In this document: piece after piece, positions 15,451 to 24,885 of the stretch
How the letters are laid out: each line of letters starts with the position of its first letter
Numbering within the stretch: position 1 is the first letter of the stretch
IMG/VR virus record: IMGVR_UViG_3300030331_000654
Span: 1 to 26,550 of that record
Strand: one strand, 5' to 3'
Length of the DNA stretch: 26,550 nucleotides
From: a virus
Taxonomy: Duplodnaviria > Caudoviricetes
Notes under the pieces: generated by a model
Told to the model about the DNA's origin: nothing
The model's database searches: none
Seen by the model: only the letters and a program-made list of their open reading frames with translations
Made by a program: the position numbers and the translations under genes

Positions 15451-16558
15451 GAACTTTCCTGAAATGCTTGAAGTGCGACCTATTGTCGTTGCCGATGGTA
15501 TTGTTGTAGGTGGTAATATGCGACTACTTGCAATGAAGGATTTAGGATTTCGAGAAGTCACAGCCATTGACGTTACCGATTGGACACAAGGTCAACGCGA
15601 TGAATTTATGATTAAAGACAATCTAAACTTCGGCGATTGGAATTACGATATGTTAGCTAACGAATGGGAAGGTACTGACCTTGCCGAATGGGGTATGGAT
15701 TTATGGGAAACGGAAGTCGAAGAAATGAAAGGTCTAACCGACGAAGACGATATACCCGAAGCACCTCAAGAACCGATTACTAAATTAGGCGACGTTTGGA
15801 TTCTTGGTGAACATAGGGTTATGTGCGGCGATAGCACAAAAGTTGATGACGTTGAAAAGTTAATGAAGGGAAGCAAAGCCGATATGGTATTTACAGATCC
15901 ACCTTACGGAATGTTTTTAGAAACGGATTATAGTAAGATTAAGGGAAGTGAGAAATCAATTGGGTTTAAGGGTAATAAAAGAGGGAATAAATATGATAAA
16001 ATTATAGGTGATAATGAAGATTTTACACCACTACTAATATCAACAATCTTTGATAGCTTTAAGTATTGCAAAGAAATATTTATATGGGGGGGTGATTATT
16101 TTGTGGACTTGTTGCCCAATTATGGAAAAGATGGTAGTTGGTTTGTTTGGAATAAGCGTAGTAGTGAGGCACAACAAAAGGGGATTGGAAATTGCTTCGA
16201 ACTTCTATGGTCTAAAAAAAAGCACAAAAGAATTGTCTATGACTTTGAGTGGTTTGGATTTTTAAGTAAAGCAGATCCAAAAGAGGCGAGAAATAGGTTA
16301 CATCCTTCAATGAAGCCATCAAAATTATTATCTAAGATAATCGAAAGTTATAGCGAATTAAATAGTGTAATAGTAGATATTTATTTAGGTTCAGGCTCAA
16401 CACTTATTGCTTGCGAAAAGACTGGTCGCAACTGTTACGGAATGGAATTAGATCCGAAGTATTGCGACGTTATAGTTAAACGATGGGAAGATTTTACAGG
16501 CAAGAAAGCACACCTTGAAGAAGAAGATGATTTGATGATAATAGCACAAGCGCAATAA
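15344..16558 (+). CDS. ParB-like domain / DNA methyltransferase (beta class N4/N6) fusion
   Basis: NPR...F.KL..SI, RPIVV, GGNMR (ParB-N); GD.W.LG.HR..CGDS, FTDPPY, HP..KP, D.YLGSGSTLIACE, GMELDP.YCD. Confidence 0.9.
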   Translation: MNIQSKKIPISQIQVDPKNPRILNKTQFKKLKSSIENFPEMLEVRPIVVADGIVVGGNMRLLAMKDLGFREVTAIDVTDWTQGQRDEFMIKDNLNFGDWNYDMLANEWEGTDLAEWGMDLWETEVEEMKGLTDEDDIPEAPQEPITKLGDVWILGEHRVMCGDSTKVDDVEKLMKGSKADMVFTDPPYGMFLETDYSKIKGSEKSIGFKGNKRGNKYDKIIGDNEDFTPLLISTIFDSFKYCKEIFIWGGDYFVDLLPNYGKDGSWFVWNKRSSEAQQKGIGNCFELLWSKKKHKRIVYDFEWFGFLSKADPKEARNRLHPSMKPSKLLSKIIESYSELNSVIVDIYLGSGSTLIACEKTGRNCYGMELDPKYCDVIVKRWEDFTGKKAHLEEEDDLMIIAQAQ

Positions 16559-16920
16559 TGTCAAAGTTCAAACACCCTGACATACAAAAGTTACAAATGG
16601 CACACAATAAAAAAGACTTCCTTGAGGCATTAGAGCGTTCGCTTGGTGTAGTAACTACCGCATCGAAAGCGTGTAACATATCAAGACGAACACATTATCG
16701 TTGGCTTGAAGAAGACGAAGAATATGCCGACGCAGTAAAGGACATACAAGAAAGCGCGATTGACTTTGCAGAAAGTTCACTACATCAGCAAATCAAAAAC
16801 AAGATACCGAGTAGCACTATCTTTTATCTAAAGACAAAAGGCAAGCACCGCGGATATGTAGAAAAGCAAGAAATTGAAGTAAACGAACCCAAGCCGTTCA
16901 AATGGTTTGACGACGAATAA
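16558..16920 (+). CDS. terS: Terminase small subunit (putative)
   Basis: N-terminal HTH (LGVVTTASKACNISRRTHYRW), IFYLKTKGK.RGYVE; upstream of terL. Confidence 0.7.
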   Translation: MSKFKHPDIQKLQMAHNKKDFLEALERSLGVVTTASKACNISRRTHYRWLEEDEEYADAVKDIQESAIDFAESSLHQQIKNKIPSSTIFYLKTKGKHRGYVEKQEIEVNEPKPFKWFDDE

Positions 16921-17076
16921 ATGAAAGACATTACTACAGAAGTGTTGATTGCGGTAACAGTTATACACGAACTAAAAATGTTGTACGAGTTACAAGAAGG
17001 ACTGTCATCATTAGATAAAGAGATTTTATTACTCGAAAGGATTAACGCATTAGAAAATGCACTATCAGAATATTGA
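16921..17076 (+). CDS. Hypothetical protein (51 aa, MKDITTEVLIAVTVIHELKML...)
   Basis: Starts immediately after the terS stop; TTGA overlap with terL. Confidence 0.65.
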   Translation: MKDITTEVLIAVTVIHELKMLYELQEGLSSLDKEILLLERINALENALSEY

Positions 17077-18227
17077 AGCAACCGTCAACATACTATCACG
17101 TTAAAAAGTCTAAGGCGAAGATACAAGTACATCAAGGGGGTACACGTTCAGGCAAGACCTATTCAATATGTCAAGCGTTAATTGAATTGTGCTACAAAAA
17201 CAAAGGTGCTGGTATTGTAATAACAATAGTTAGAAAGACGTTTCCTGCATTGCGTTCGTCAGTAATGAGAGACTTTTTTGACATACTAACCGAAGGTGAA
17301 AACTACTACGAAGAAAATCATAACAAGTCGCAAGCGACATACACATTGTTTGGAAACCTTGTTGAGTTTATAAGCGCAGACCAGCCACAAAAGTTACGTG
17401 GGCGTAAACGAACTATGTTGTATATAAACGAAGCAAACGAGTTATCTCTTGAAGATTGGCGACAACTTATATTAAGAACGACAGACAAAACAATAATTGA
17501 CTATAACCCATCTGACCAATATCACTGGATATATGAGTACGTTTTAAATCGTGACGACGTTGACTTCTTTCAAACCACATACCTTGACAACCCATTTCTT
17601 AAACAAAGCGTTATTGACGAAATAGAACGATTTAGAGAAACAGACGAAAACTATTGGCGTATATATGGTCTAGGTGAACGTGGCGTTAACACGGCAGCAG
17701 TATTTCCACAATGGCAAGTTGCTGATGCAATACCAGAACGGGCAAAGCTTGTTGCATACGGTATGGATTGGGGTTTTACGAATGACCCGACGGCGTTAGT
17801 TTCTGTCTGGCGTGAGGACTATTCTTTGTATATTAAAGAACACTTGTACAAGACTGGTTTAACAAATCGCGATATAAGTTTAGAGCTAGACAAACTAGAA
17901 TTAGAGAGAACGCCAATCATTTGTGATAGTGCTGAACCTAAATCAATAGAAGAACTACATCGACTAGGACACAACGTAAAGCCGTCAAAAAAAGGGCCTG
18001 ACAGTATTCGTTTAGGCATAGACATAATGAAACGACATAAATTATATATACTCAAAGAATCGTTAAACGCACAAAAAGAATTTAGGAACTATCGATGGGA
18101 GACTAACAAAGACGGAGTGCAACTATCTAAACCAGTTGATCACAACAATCACATTGTTGACGCAGTTAGATACGTTTGTATTAATCGCATCGGAACGCCC
18201 TATTCAGGCAAATACTTTATTTCATAA
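17073..18227 (+). CDS. terL: Terminase large subunit, PBSX/SPP1-like family
   Basis: Walker A QGGTRSGKT, Walker B YINEANE, DYNP, TYLDNPFL, nuclease GMDWGFTNDP, DSAEP, NH.VDAVRY. Confidence 0.95.
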   Translation: MKQPSTYYHVKKSKAKIQVHQGGTRSGKTYSICQALIELCYKNKGAGIVITIVRKTFPALRSSVMRDFFDILTEGENYYEENHNKSQATYTLFGNLVEFISADQPQKLRGRKRTMLYINEANELSLEDWRQLILRTTDKTIIDYNPSDQYHWIYEYVLNRDDVDFFQTTYLDNPFLKQSVIDEIERFRETDENYWRIYGLGERGVNTAAVFPQWQVADAIPERAKLVAYGMDWGFTNDPTALVSVWREDYSLYIKEHLYKTGLTNRDISLELDKLELERTPIICDSAEPKSIEELHRLGHNVKPSKKGPDSIRLGIDIMKRHKLYILKESLNAQKEFRNYRWETNKDGVQLSKPVDHNNHIVDAVRYVCINRIGTPYSGKYFIS

Positions 18228-18787
18228 TGGAATTAATCGTACCAAATTCAATGGCTGATGTTACAGTCAAGCAATATCGTGAATTAACAAATATAGACTT
18301 AGAGCAATCTGATACACAATGGATGTCAGATGCGATTACTATTTTATGCGATATAGACAAAGACTTAGTATCAAAGCTAACTATTGATGAACTAAATAAA
18401 ATAGGCACTATAATTCATAAGATAACTGACGCTGACCAAAACAATCAAGAGCTACAAAAGAAGATTGAATACAAAGGCAAGCGTTATGGCTTTCATCCTA
18501 ACTTATCTAAGCTAACCGTTGGTGAATTTGCTGACTTAGAAATGTATTGTAACGGGGGCTACTTTGAAAACCTAAACGGCATTATTGGTATTTTGTATAG
18601 GCCTATCGTCCAAGAAGGTGGCGACTTTTATACAATAGAAGATTACGACGCTGTTGTTTTGCCAAATTATTGGGATGACTTGAAGATGGATGTTGTGCTA
18701 GGTGCAACCAATTTTTTTTTGTCTATCGGCGTAACCTTAACGAACGGTTTGGTCAATTATTCAAAGGCGAAGCAAAAACAAACCTAA
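18227..18787 (+). CDS. Putative tail assembly chaperone (G-like, unshifted product)
   Basis: 186 aa; T9 slippery run at 18712-18720 close to the 3' end. Confidence 0.65.
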   Translation: MELIVPNSMADVTVKQYRELTNIDLEQSDTQWMSDAITILCDIDKDLVSKLTIDELNKIGTIIHKITDADQNNQELQKKIEYKGKRYGFHPNLSKLTVGEFADLEMYCNGGYFENLNGIIGILYRPIVQEGGDFYTIEDYDAVVLPNYWDDLKMDVVLGATNFFLSIGVTLTNGLVNYSKAKQKQT

Positions 18788-18957
18788 TGGCTGAAAAGTG
18801 GGGCTGGTATTCTATAATCTACAATTTAGCAGGAGGCGACCCTCTAAAAATAGAAGACGCAACGCAAATTGAAATAGAATCGGCTTTTACATATTTAGCA
18901 TATGAACAAGACTTAAATCGTCAAGGCAAATCACCTGACGCTGAACAATACCGATGA
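18718..18957 (+). CDS. -1 frame extension of the chaperone (GT-like): FVYRRNLNERFGQLFKGEAKTNLMAEKWGWYSIIYNLAGGD...
   Basis: Open from the T9 run to TGA18957; also has its own ATG at 18787; ATGA overlap with the next gene. Confidence 0.7.
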   Translation, partial: FVYRRNLNERFGQLFKGEAKTNLMAEKWGWYSIIYNLAGGDPLKIEDATQIEIESAFTYLAYEQDLNRQGKSPDAEQYR

Positions 18958-19415
18958 AATCATACAAGCAAATAACAAACCTACTACAAACGATTACAGA
19001 CAATCATTTGATACTGCAAAGCTTTAACGCTGGCCCTTTAGACCAAGTTGACATTGAAAAGCTAGGACAAACAGACTATCCGTTTTTGTATTGCGAAATA
19101 CTTGGTGCAAACATAGACAACGGCGTTATAAGTTACGATCTTGAATTGTTAGTTGCAGATATGATTCAGCCAGATCTAAGCGACAGAAATCAAGTGTATT
19201 CAGACACACTACAAATGTTGCACGATGTTTTAAATCAATTTATACAATCGTTAGCTACAACTAACACAACAGTTGATGACGACTATAAAGCTGAACTACC
19301 TGTTACTTGCACACCCTTTACAGCTAGGTTTGATAATGAACTTACTGGCTGGTCAGGATCTTTGACAATAGAGGTATCAAATAAAAATAACCTTTGCATT
19401 GCACCCTTTAGTTAA
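18954..19415 (+). CDS. Putative tail terminator
   Basis: 153 aa, acidic, YP.L, PF..RFDN.L.GW motifs; tail module context. Confidence 0.5.
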   Translation: MKSYKQITNLLQTITDNHLILQSFNAGPLDQVDIEKLGQTDYPFLYCEILGANIDNGVISYDLELLVADMIQPDLSDRNQVYSDTLQMLHDVLNQFIQSLATTNTTVDDDYKAELPVTCTPFTARFDNELTGWSGSLTIEVSNKNNLCIAPFS

Positions 19416-20005
19416 TGGCTAAGTTACAATTCACAGTCGGTGGTGTTAGCTATCCTGCAAAAGCTACAAAAAAAGCGTTAGACTTTATTGGTAAACGCTG
19501 GCGTAAAAACGCACGCATCAGTTTAAAGATGCAAGGACGTATCAATACAGGTGCGCTTTTTAATTCAATGAAAGTGTTTGTGGGTGCTAATCAACACGCA
19601 ATGTATGTAAACATCACACCACAAGTTGACTATTGGGATTTCGTCGACAAAGGTGTACAAGGTGCATCAAAGAACATCTTTCCTAAACAAAGCGAATCAC
19701 CGTATAAGTTTGGTAGTGGTCGTGGAAAGCCAGGTTTACGAGGTGCAATTGATAGATGGACTACACAAAAAAACATACAAGGAACAAGAGACGCACAAGG
19801 TAGATTTGTGCCACGCAAGTCAATTGTGTTTGCGATCACAAGAGCTATTTGGCATCGTGGACTCAAACCTTCATTGTTTATTAGTGGCACTTGGAAGCGT
19901 TTAAGAATTAAAGCACTAAATATTTTAGCCGTTGCTGTTGGTGAAGATATGGCTGACGCAATAAAACAATCATTACAAAAAAATCCAAATCTTGAAGTAA
20001 AATGA
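19415..20005 (+). CDS. Putative tail completion/neck protein
   Basis: Basic; TG.L.NS, Y..FVDKGV.G, I...GLKP..F pattern reminiscent of HK97 gp10-like proteins. Confidence 0.55.
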   Translation: MAKLQFTVGGVSYPAKATKKALDFIGKRWRKNARISLKMQGRINTGALFNSMKVFVGANQHAMYVNITPQVDYWDFVDKGVQGASKNIFPKQSESPYKFGSGRGKPGLRGAIDRWTTQKNIQGTRDAQGRFVPRKSIVFAITRAIWHRGLKPSLFISGTWKRLRIKALNILAVAVGEDMADAIKQSLQKNPNLEVK

Positions 20006-21513
20006 GTATGACGGTACAACAACGCCCTGACACAACGGACGTACACGGCGTATTTGAACAACAGATGTATGTAATTACATCAACTGAATATTCAGGCGGC
20101 TCTTATTTTAAATTTCGTTATATAGCTGAATGGTATGTCGGTGGCACTTTGACTGCAACTGTGAAAGTATTTCCAAACTCTGAAGGGGCTGGAGTTTTCA
20201 GAGTAGAACAAATAATTCAAGACTTTATGTCAATAACGAAATTTGATAAAAATGTTTCTACTAATCAAATAAATGACAAGTCAATACACCTAGTGGGTGT
20301 AAACAACCCTGCATTTCCTTGGAGTCTTAGTAACGGCGAAAACTACCGAAAGATAGAAATGCGCTTTAAACAAGAGTATTCTACAACAGCAACGGGCGCA
20401 CCTGTTGTTGACACTGTTAACAAAATTGACGGAGAATTTATTGACTACATTATGACAGCAGGTTTACGACGTGGATCAAAAACATTGTCTGAAACTTGGG
20501 ATGCAGGGATTCCAGACTTTTTACACGACGAAGATTGGATTGAAAACTTTACCCCACATTCTGTTAACTCTAAAGTTTTAAGCGACAGATTTAAAGACTC
20601 AAACTTTATAAGCACAACAGCTTCCGATGTAAAAGTTGTTCATCAAGAAGTTACCTTAAAAGATGTAAGGACGTTAAGTTTGTTAATGGACGGGTCAGCT
20701 CCAACAAGTGGCACGGCTGTATCAGCTTACATAGCAACATACAATTCAAGCAACACGTTAACGTCATCAGGTTTTATCACTGCCGCAACGTCAGGCGGTA
20801 CTGCTCCTGGGTCTGTGTCTAACGATTTTGAAAGACAACAATACATTGGTGTTGGGCCAAAGAATTTAGCTACACAATCAATAGTTGCAGCGATCGCAAC
20901 AGAATTTAATGCTTCACCAAATACAGTTGCATATTATGAAGTTTTCTTTATGAAAGATTCATCAACTGTACCTTCTAACACAACGACAGCATCAATGGCG
21001 TCTTGTTGTTATCAATTTACAGTTAAAGATGCAAATTGTAGATATGGAGTCGATGGATATAATCCTATCACTTTGACGTGGCAAAATTCTCTTGGGGCTT
21101 GGGACTATCAAAGCTTTAATTTAGTAAGCGAAAAATCCACTAATCAAATTAAGCGAAAGACATTTGATCAAGTACCAGGCAATTGGGACACGGCAGACGC
21201 TTCACAAGACTTTAATTATCGAGGCGATCAAGGTGGTATGCGAATAGCTAAAGTAAACGCACGGCAAGAATTTACAGCGCATACCGATTTATTTAATGAA
21301 AATGAAGTTGACATTCTTGAAGCTTTACATCTGTCTCCATATGTGTTTTTACTTTCATCAGGTGGTCAAACAGTAACGCCTATTGTAATAACTAACACAT
21401 CGTTTGTGTTCAAGAAAAACGTAAACACACGCAGCCCGTTTTTATATCAGATAAAGTTTAAAAACGCAAAAGAAAGACCGACAACTAAAGGTGGTACATA
21501 CAGAGGTTACTAA
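20002..21513 (+). CDS. Tail tip structural protein
   Basis: 503 aa, S/T- and beta-rich, W.NSLGAWDY..F motif; tail module. Confidence 0.55.
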   Translation: MSMTVQQRPDTTDVHGVFEQQMYVITSTEYSGGSYFKFRYIAEWYVGGTLTATVKVFPNSEGAGVFRVEQIIQDFMSITKFDKNVSTNQINDKSIHLVGVNNPAFPWSLSNGENYRKIEMRFKQEYSTTATGAPVVDTVNKIDGEFIDYIMTAGLRRGSKTLSETWDAGIPDFLHDEDWIENFTPHSVNSKVLSDRFKDSNFISTTASDVKVVHQEVTLKDVRTLSLLMDGSAPTSGTAVSAYIATYNSSNTLTSSGFITAATSGGTAPGSVSNDFERQQYIGVGPKNLATQSIVAAIATEFNASPNTVAYYEVFFMKDSSTVPSNTTTASMASCCYQFTVKDANCRYGVDGYNPITLTWQNSLGAWDYQSFNLVSEKSTNQIKRKTFDQVPGNWDTADASQDFNYRGDQGGMRIAKVNARQEFTAHTDLFNENEVDILEALHLSPYVFLLSSGGQTVTPIVITNTSFVFKKNVNTRSPFLYQIKFKNAKERPTTKGGTYRGY

Positions 21514-24500
21514 TGATTGAATTAATTGCATACGAACAAAAGCCGACACTTGCAACAGACGTAGTAGGCGATCAATGGACTTTAGATATAGCACAGCCAG
21601 GTGGTATATCTTTAAAGTACGAAGTTAGTAAGGGAAACGATATACTAGGTCGGTACAGCCCATTTAGTCAAACTTTTAGATTGCCGTTCACAAATTACAA
21701 TTCACGATTTTTCGGTTTATATTATGACGTAAATCTAACACAAAGTAACGCAGGCAATGTTTTTAACATACACAAAAAAAGCTATTGCGAAATAAGAGTT
21801 GACGGTGTTCCGATAATAACAGGATCTTTACAACTTAAAAACGTACACACTAAAACTGAAGAATACGAGGTCGCAGTATTTGGAGAAGAAGCCAGCATCT
21901 TTCAAGAGATAAAAGACAGAAAGCTAATAGACTTATTTATTAGCGAATCAACAGGTGCTATGGACGTAGACTACGACGTTCCATTAAGCCCAGCAGACAT
22001 TGTAAACTCTTGGACGTTAACTAACGATGTTACACAAGGAAACGTCGGCAATGGTGTTATTGTATTTCCTTTAGCCGATTATGGTCTAGGTGGCGAAAGT
22101 AGTTTCTTATATTACGATGATGGAAACTTAGAAGCACAAGGCATAGCACAAGAAAACTTTTTACAGCCTTATATGTTTAAGCCAGCTATTAATGTTGCGC
22201 ATTTATTTGAAAAAATATTTACACAAGCTGGCTACACACTAAAGACAAATACGTTTTTAACGTCAGACGCTTGGACTAAGTTATATATGACTTTAGCTAC
22301 TGACAGAGAATCGGTAGCAATAAGACCTGTTGCAGGTTTATGTGTATCGCACACACCAGCTACGTCAATAGCTCAAGTAAATTGGGCTGCTGCACCAAAC
22401 CCACAAGAAAGCGCAGGAGCATATGAGATTGTTGATTTAGCGTTAGACGACGATACTGGTGTAGGTGTTAACTCAAACCCTCCAGCTTTATTTGACGAAT
22501 CAAATAATTGGAAATACTTTGCTAGTATTGATGAAGGATATTTTGATGCGCCAGATACGGGTATGTATTATGGCACAACGAATCTTGGTTATGAAACAAA
22601 CTTAACAGATGTTGGAAGAATTGCTATGCGAGTTCAAAGATTATCTGGAAATCAAGATACAGGTTCATATTACTTTCCTGGGCCATATACAGATGTATCA
22701 GGGGTAAGCTCTGGTTTTTTGCCTACTCACGAATGGGCTATGTTTCTTGAAGCTGGCGACCGTTTGTACTATCAAGCTGAAATCATTATTTATTCAGCAA
22801 ATCAATCAGGTGATTATATAAGAGTAATACCCGAAGGAACATTTTTTACAGTTTATGCGTCTAATTTAAATAATGGCATTGCGCAAATGCCAAACAATAT
22901 GCCTGACGTACAGCAAAGCGTATTTGTAAAAGATTTAGCTGAAAGGTTTAATTTATGTATAACGTCAGACAACAACGACGTAAAACAATTAAACATACAG
23001 CCTTGGCAAGACTATATTGACGCTGGCGATCGTAAAGACTGGACTGACAAGCTAGACACATCTAAAGAATTTACAATAAAGCCAACAGATACAATAAGGA
23101 ATAAGTTTTTACATTTTGAGGACGCTGAAGATGACACTATTTTTAATAGTAATTTTCAAGAACAAAATGAATATGTAATTGGAAGGTATAAGCAAGAAGT
23201 CGGTGAAGATTTTACGTCAGGCACTTTAAAAAACAACCCTTTATTTGCACCGTTTCAAGTTGGGCGCATACCAAAAGCTAACGGAGATGAATCAGAAATA
23301 GGCGACGTTCTAATTCACAAGGGTTATGGACAAGACACGAACGGGCCTATATCTTCAGCTAAACCTAAATTGTTTTATCACAACGGAGTTAAAACACTAG
23401 CAAACAGTGCGTCGTATTTTATTGAAGAAACGTCAGTCACAACATTTCCTTTGTGTGTAAACTTTTACAACAACGGCAACGAAATTGCAAGCGATTCGCC
23501 TCTGTTATTATGGTCATTTAATCAATCGCACGCTTTTGGCTTGTTAAATTATGGTGCTACACCGTCTAACGAAGGTTATTTTGCAAGGTATCACCAACAG
23601 TTTTTAATGAGCATCTACGGCGAGGAAGCTCGTCTTGTTGAGTGCGAAATTATGCTTAGTCCAACAGACATATTTAATTTTAAGTTCAACGATGAAATCA
23701 TCATTAAGAATACAGCTTACAGAGTTTTAACTATTTCAAACTACCAACCATTTGCAAACGTACCTTGTAAGGTTACTCTGTTAAAAAAGCTTGACGCATT
23801 TAAAAGTCAAAGCATACCACAGCCAGATGCAGAATGTGAGCTTGTTGTTGCTGGCTTTCAACAAAACGGGTTTGTGCAATTTATTAACCCTGAAACGGGC
23901 GTTACATCTAACGGTACAGAAGAATGTTGTAACGAAAACCACTACACTTGGAACACAACATTAAACGCTTGTATGTGGGCAACAGGCAATACTGGTGGTG
24001 GTAACGGATTTAGCGATGGACAAATACCAGGTTCGCCGATTGCTGTTGGTAAATCGATGGTGTCAAATTTAGGTGGCGTACACGCAGTAAAAAGTATGTC
24101 CTTAAATCATAACCCGATACCAGGAGAAATATCAATACAAGGACAAAATGCTTTAAGTGGTATTCTAACAACGCAAAAAAATGTTGTTTTATATGCTACA
24201 ACGTACAGCAACACTACAACTACTGCAACGCCTACTGGCAACCCAAATGTAGGAAAAGCATTTGCGCTTGACGTAAATATGTCAGCACGTATTATTGTAA
24301 GAGCTTTGTCTATACAGACTGACGACTATTTTGTTACATCTAGCGTAGGATCACCAAATTCAACGTCATTTAAAGTTTATACTTTTATGGCTAAGAATCT
24401 ACAAGGAACAATAAGCATAACTGGATCAGAACAAACGGACTTTGCACAAGAGGACACGGATGCAGGTAGTCGAGTTGTAGAAGTTTTAGCTACAAAGGGA

Positions 24501-24704
24501 ACGGGTAGTTTTAACAATACACTTATGGGCTTTGTGATCAACGTAACTGGCCCAACAGATACAATTTGCGCTTGGAACTTAGATTGCTCAATTACTTTTA
24601 TGAATACATCGTCAGCGACTATGCGTCAAGAAAGCAACTTGTTGTTGTTAGAAAATTTAGGAGACATACTATCTGAAGATGGACTTCCTTTAGTACAAGA
24701 ATAA
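21513..24704 (+). CDS. Large tail tip/hub protein with C-terminal receptor-binding-like region
   Basis: 1063 aa; FSQTFRLP.T..N..FF N-terminus, DWTDKLD; ends LLLLENLGDILSEDGLPLVQE. Confidence 0.65.
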   Translation: MIELIAYEQKPTLATDVVGDQWTLDIAQPGGISLKYEVSKGNDILGRYSPFSQTFRLPFTNYNSRFFGLYYDVNLTQSNAGNVFNIHKKSYCEIRVDGVPIITGSLQLKNVHTKTEEYEVAVFGEEASIFQEIKDRKLIDLFISESTGAMDVDYDVPLSPADIVNSWTLTNDVTQGNVGNGVIVFPLADYGLGGESSFLYYDDGNLEAQGIAQENFLQPYMFKPAINVAHLFEKIFTQAGYTLKTNTFLTSDAWTKLYMTLATDRESVAIRPVAGLCVSHTPATSIAQVNWAAAPNPQESAGAYEIVDLALDDDTGVGVNSNPPALFDESNNWKYFASIDEGYFDAPDTGMYYGTTNLGYETNLTDVGRIAMRVQRLSGNQDTGSYYFPGPYTDVSGVSSGFLPTHEWAMFLEAGDRLYYQAEIIIYSANQSGDYIRVIPEGTFFTVYASNLNNGIAQMPNNMPDVQQSVFVKDLAERFNLCITSDNNDVKQLNIQPWQDYIDAGDRKDWTDKLDTSKEFTIKPTDTIRNKFLHFEDAEDDTIFNSNFQEQNEYVIGRYKQEVGEDFTSGTLKNNPLFAPFQVGRIPKANGDESEIGDVLIHKGYGQDTNGPISSAKPKLFYHNGVKTLANSASYFIEETSVTTFPLCVNFYNNGNEIASDSPLLLWSFNQSHAFGLLNYGATPSNEGYFARYHQQFLMSIYGEEARLVECEIMLSPTDIFNFKFNDEIIIKNTAYRVLTISNYQPFANVPCKVTLLKKLDAFKSQSIPQPDAECELVVAGFQQNGFVQFINPETGVTSNGTEECCNENHYTWNTTLNACMWATGNTGGGNGFSDGQIPGSPIAVGKSMVSNLGGVHAVKSMSLNHNPIPGEISIQGQNALSGILTTQKNVVLYATTYSNTTTTATPTGNPNVGKAFALDVNMSARIIVRALSIQTDDYFVTSSVGSPNSTSFKVYTFMAKNLQGTISITGSEQTDFAQEDTDAGSRVVEVLATKGTGSFNNTLMGFVINVTGPTDTICAWNLDCSITFMNTSSATMRQESNLLLLENLGDILSEDGLPLVQE

Positions 24705-24705
24705 A

Positions 24706-24885
24706 ATGATACAATATTTAAACAAAGTAGGTGAATCAATACCTAATACTTTAAAATTAGCACAAAATAACGAGGTTATAAAAGATACATATACGCTTCA
24801 ATTATATGGTTATTATGAATACACAGGTTTGCGTGGATTTTTTAAAAAAGTAAAACAAGCAATCAAAGCAAATAAATATGTCTGA
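24706..24885 (+). CDS. Hypothetical protein (59 aa, MIQYLNKVGESIPNTLKLAQ...)
   Basis: Fills the gap exactly; overlaps the TMP start. Confidence 0.65.
   Translation: MIQYLNKVGESIPNTLKLAQNNEVIKDTYTLQLYGYYEYTGLRGFFKKVKQAIKANKYV

Noticed and set aside
15344-15700. ParB domain as a plasmid partition system
   Set aside because: ParB-N/MTase fusions beside terS are common in phages; no ParA or parS array seen.
11168-20061. Nested or antisense ORFs (11168-11407, 11958-12161, 12717-12899, 15207-15404, 15382-15567, 16050-16265, 16494-16679, 16824-17081, 17819-18055, 18217-18408, 19626-19904, 19630-20061)
   Set aside because: Overlap motif-bearing genes; no independent signals.
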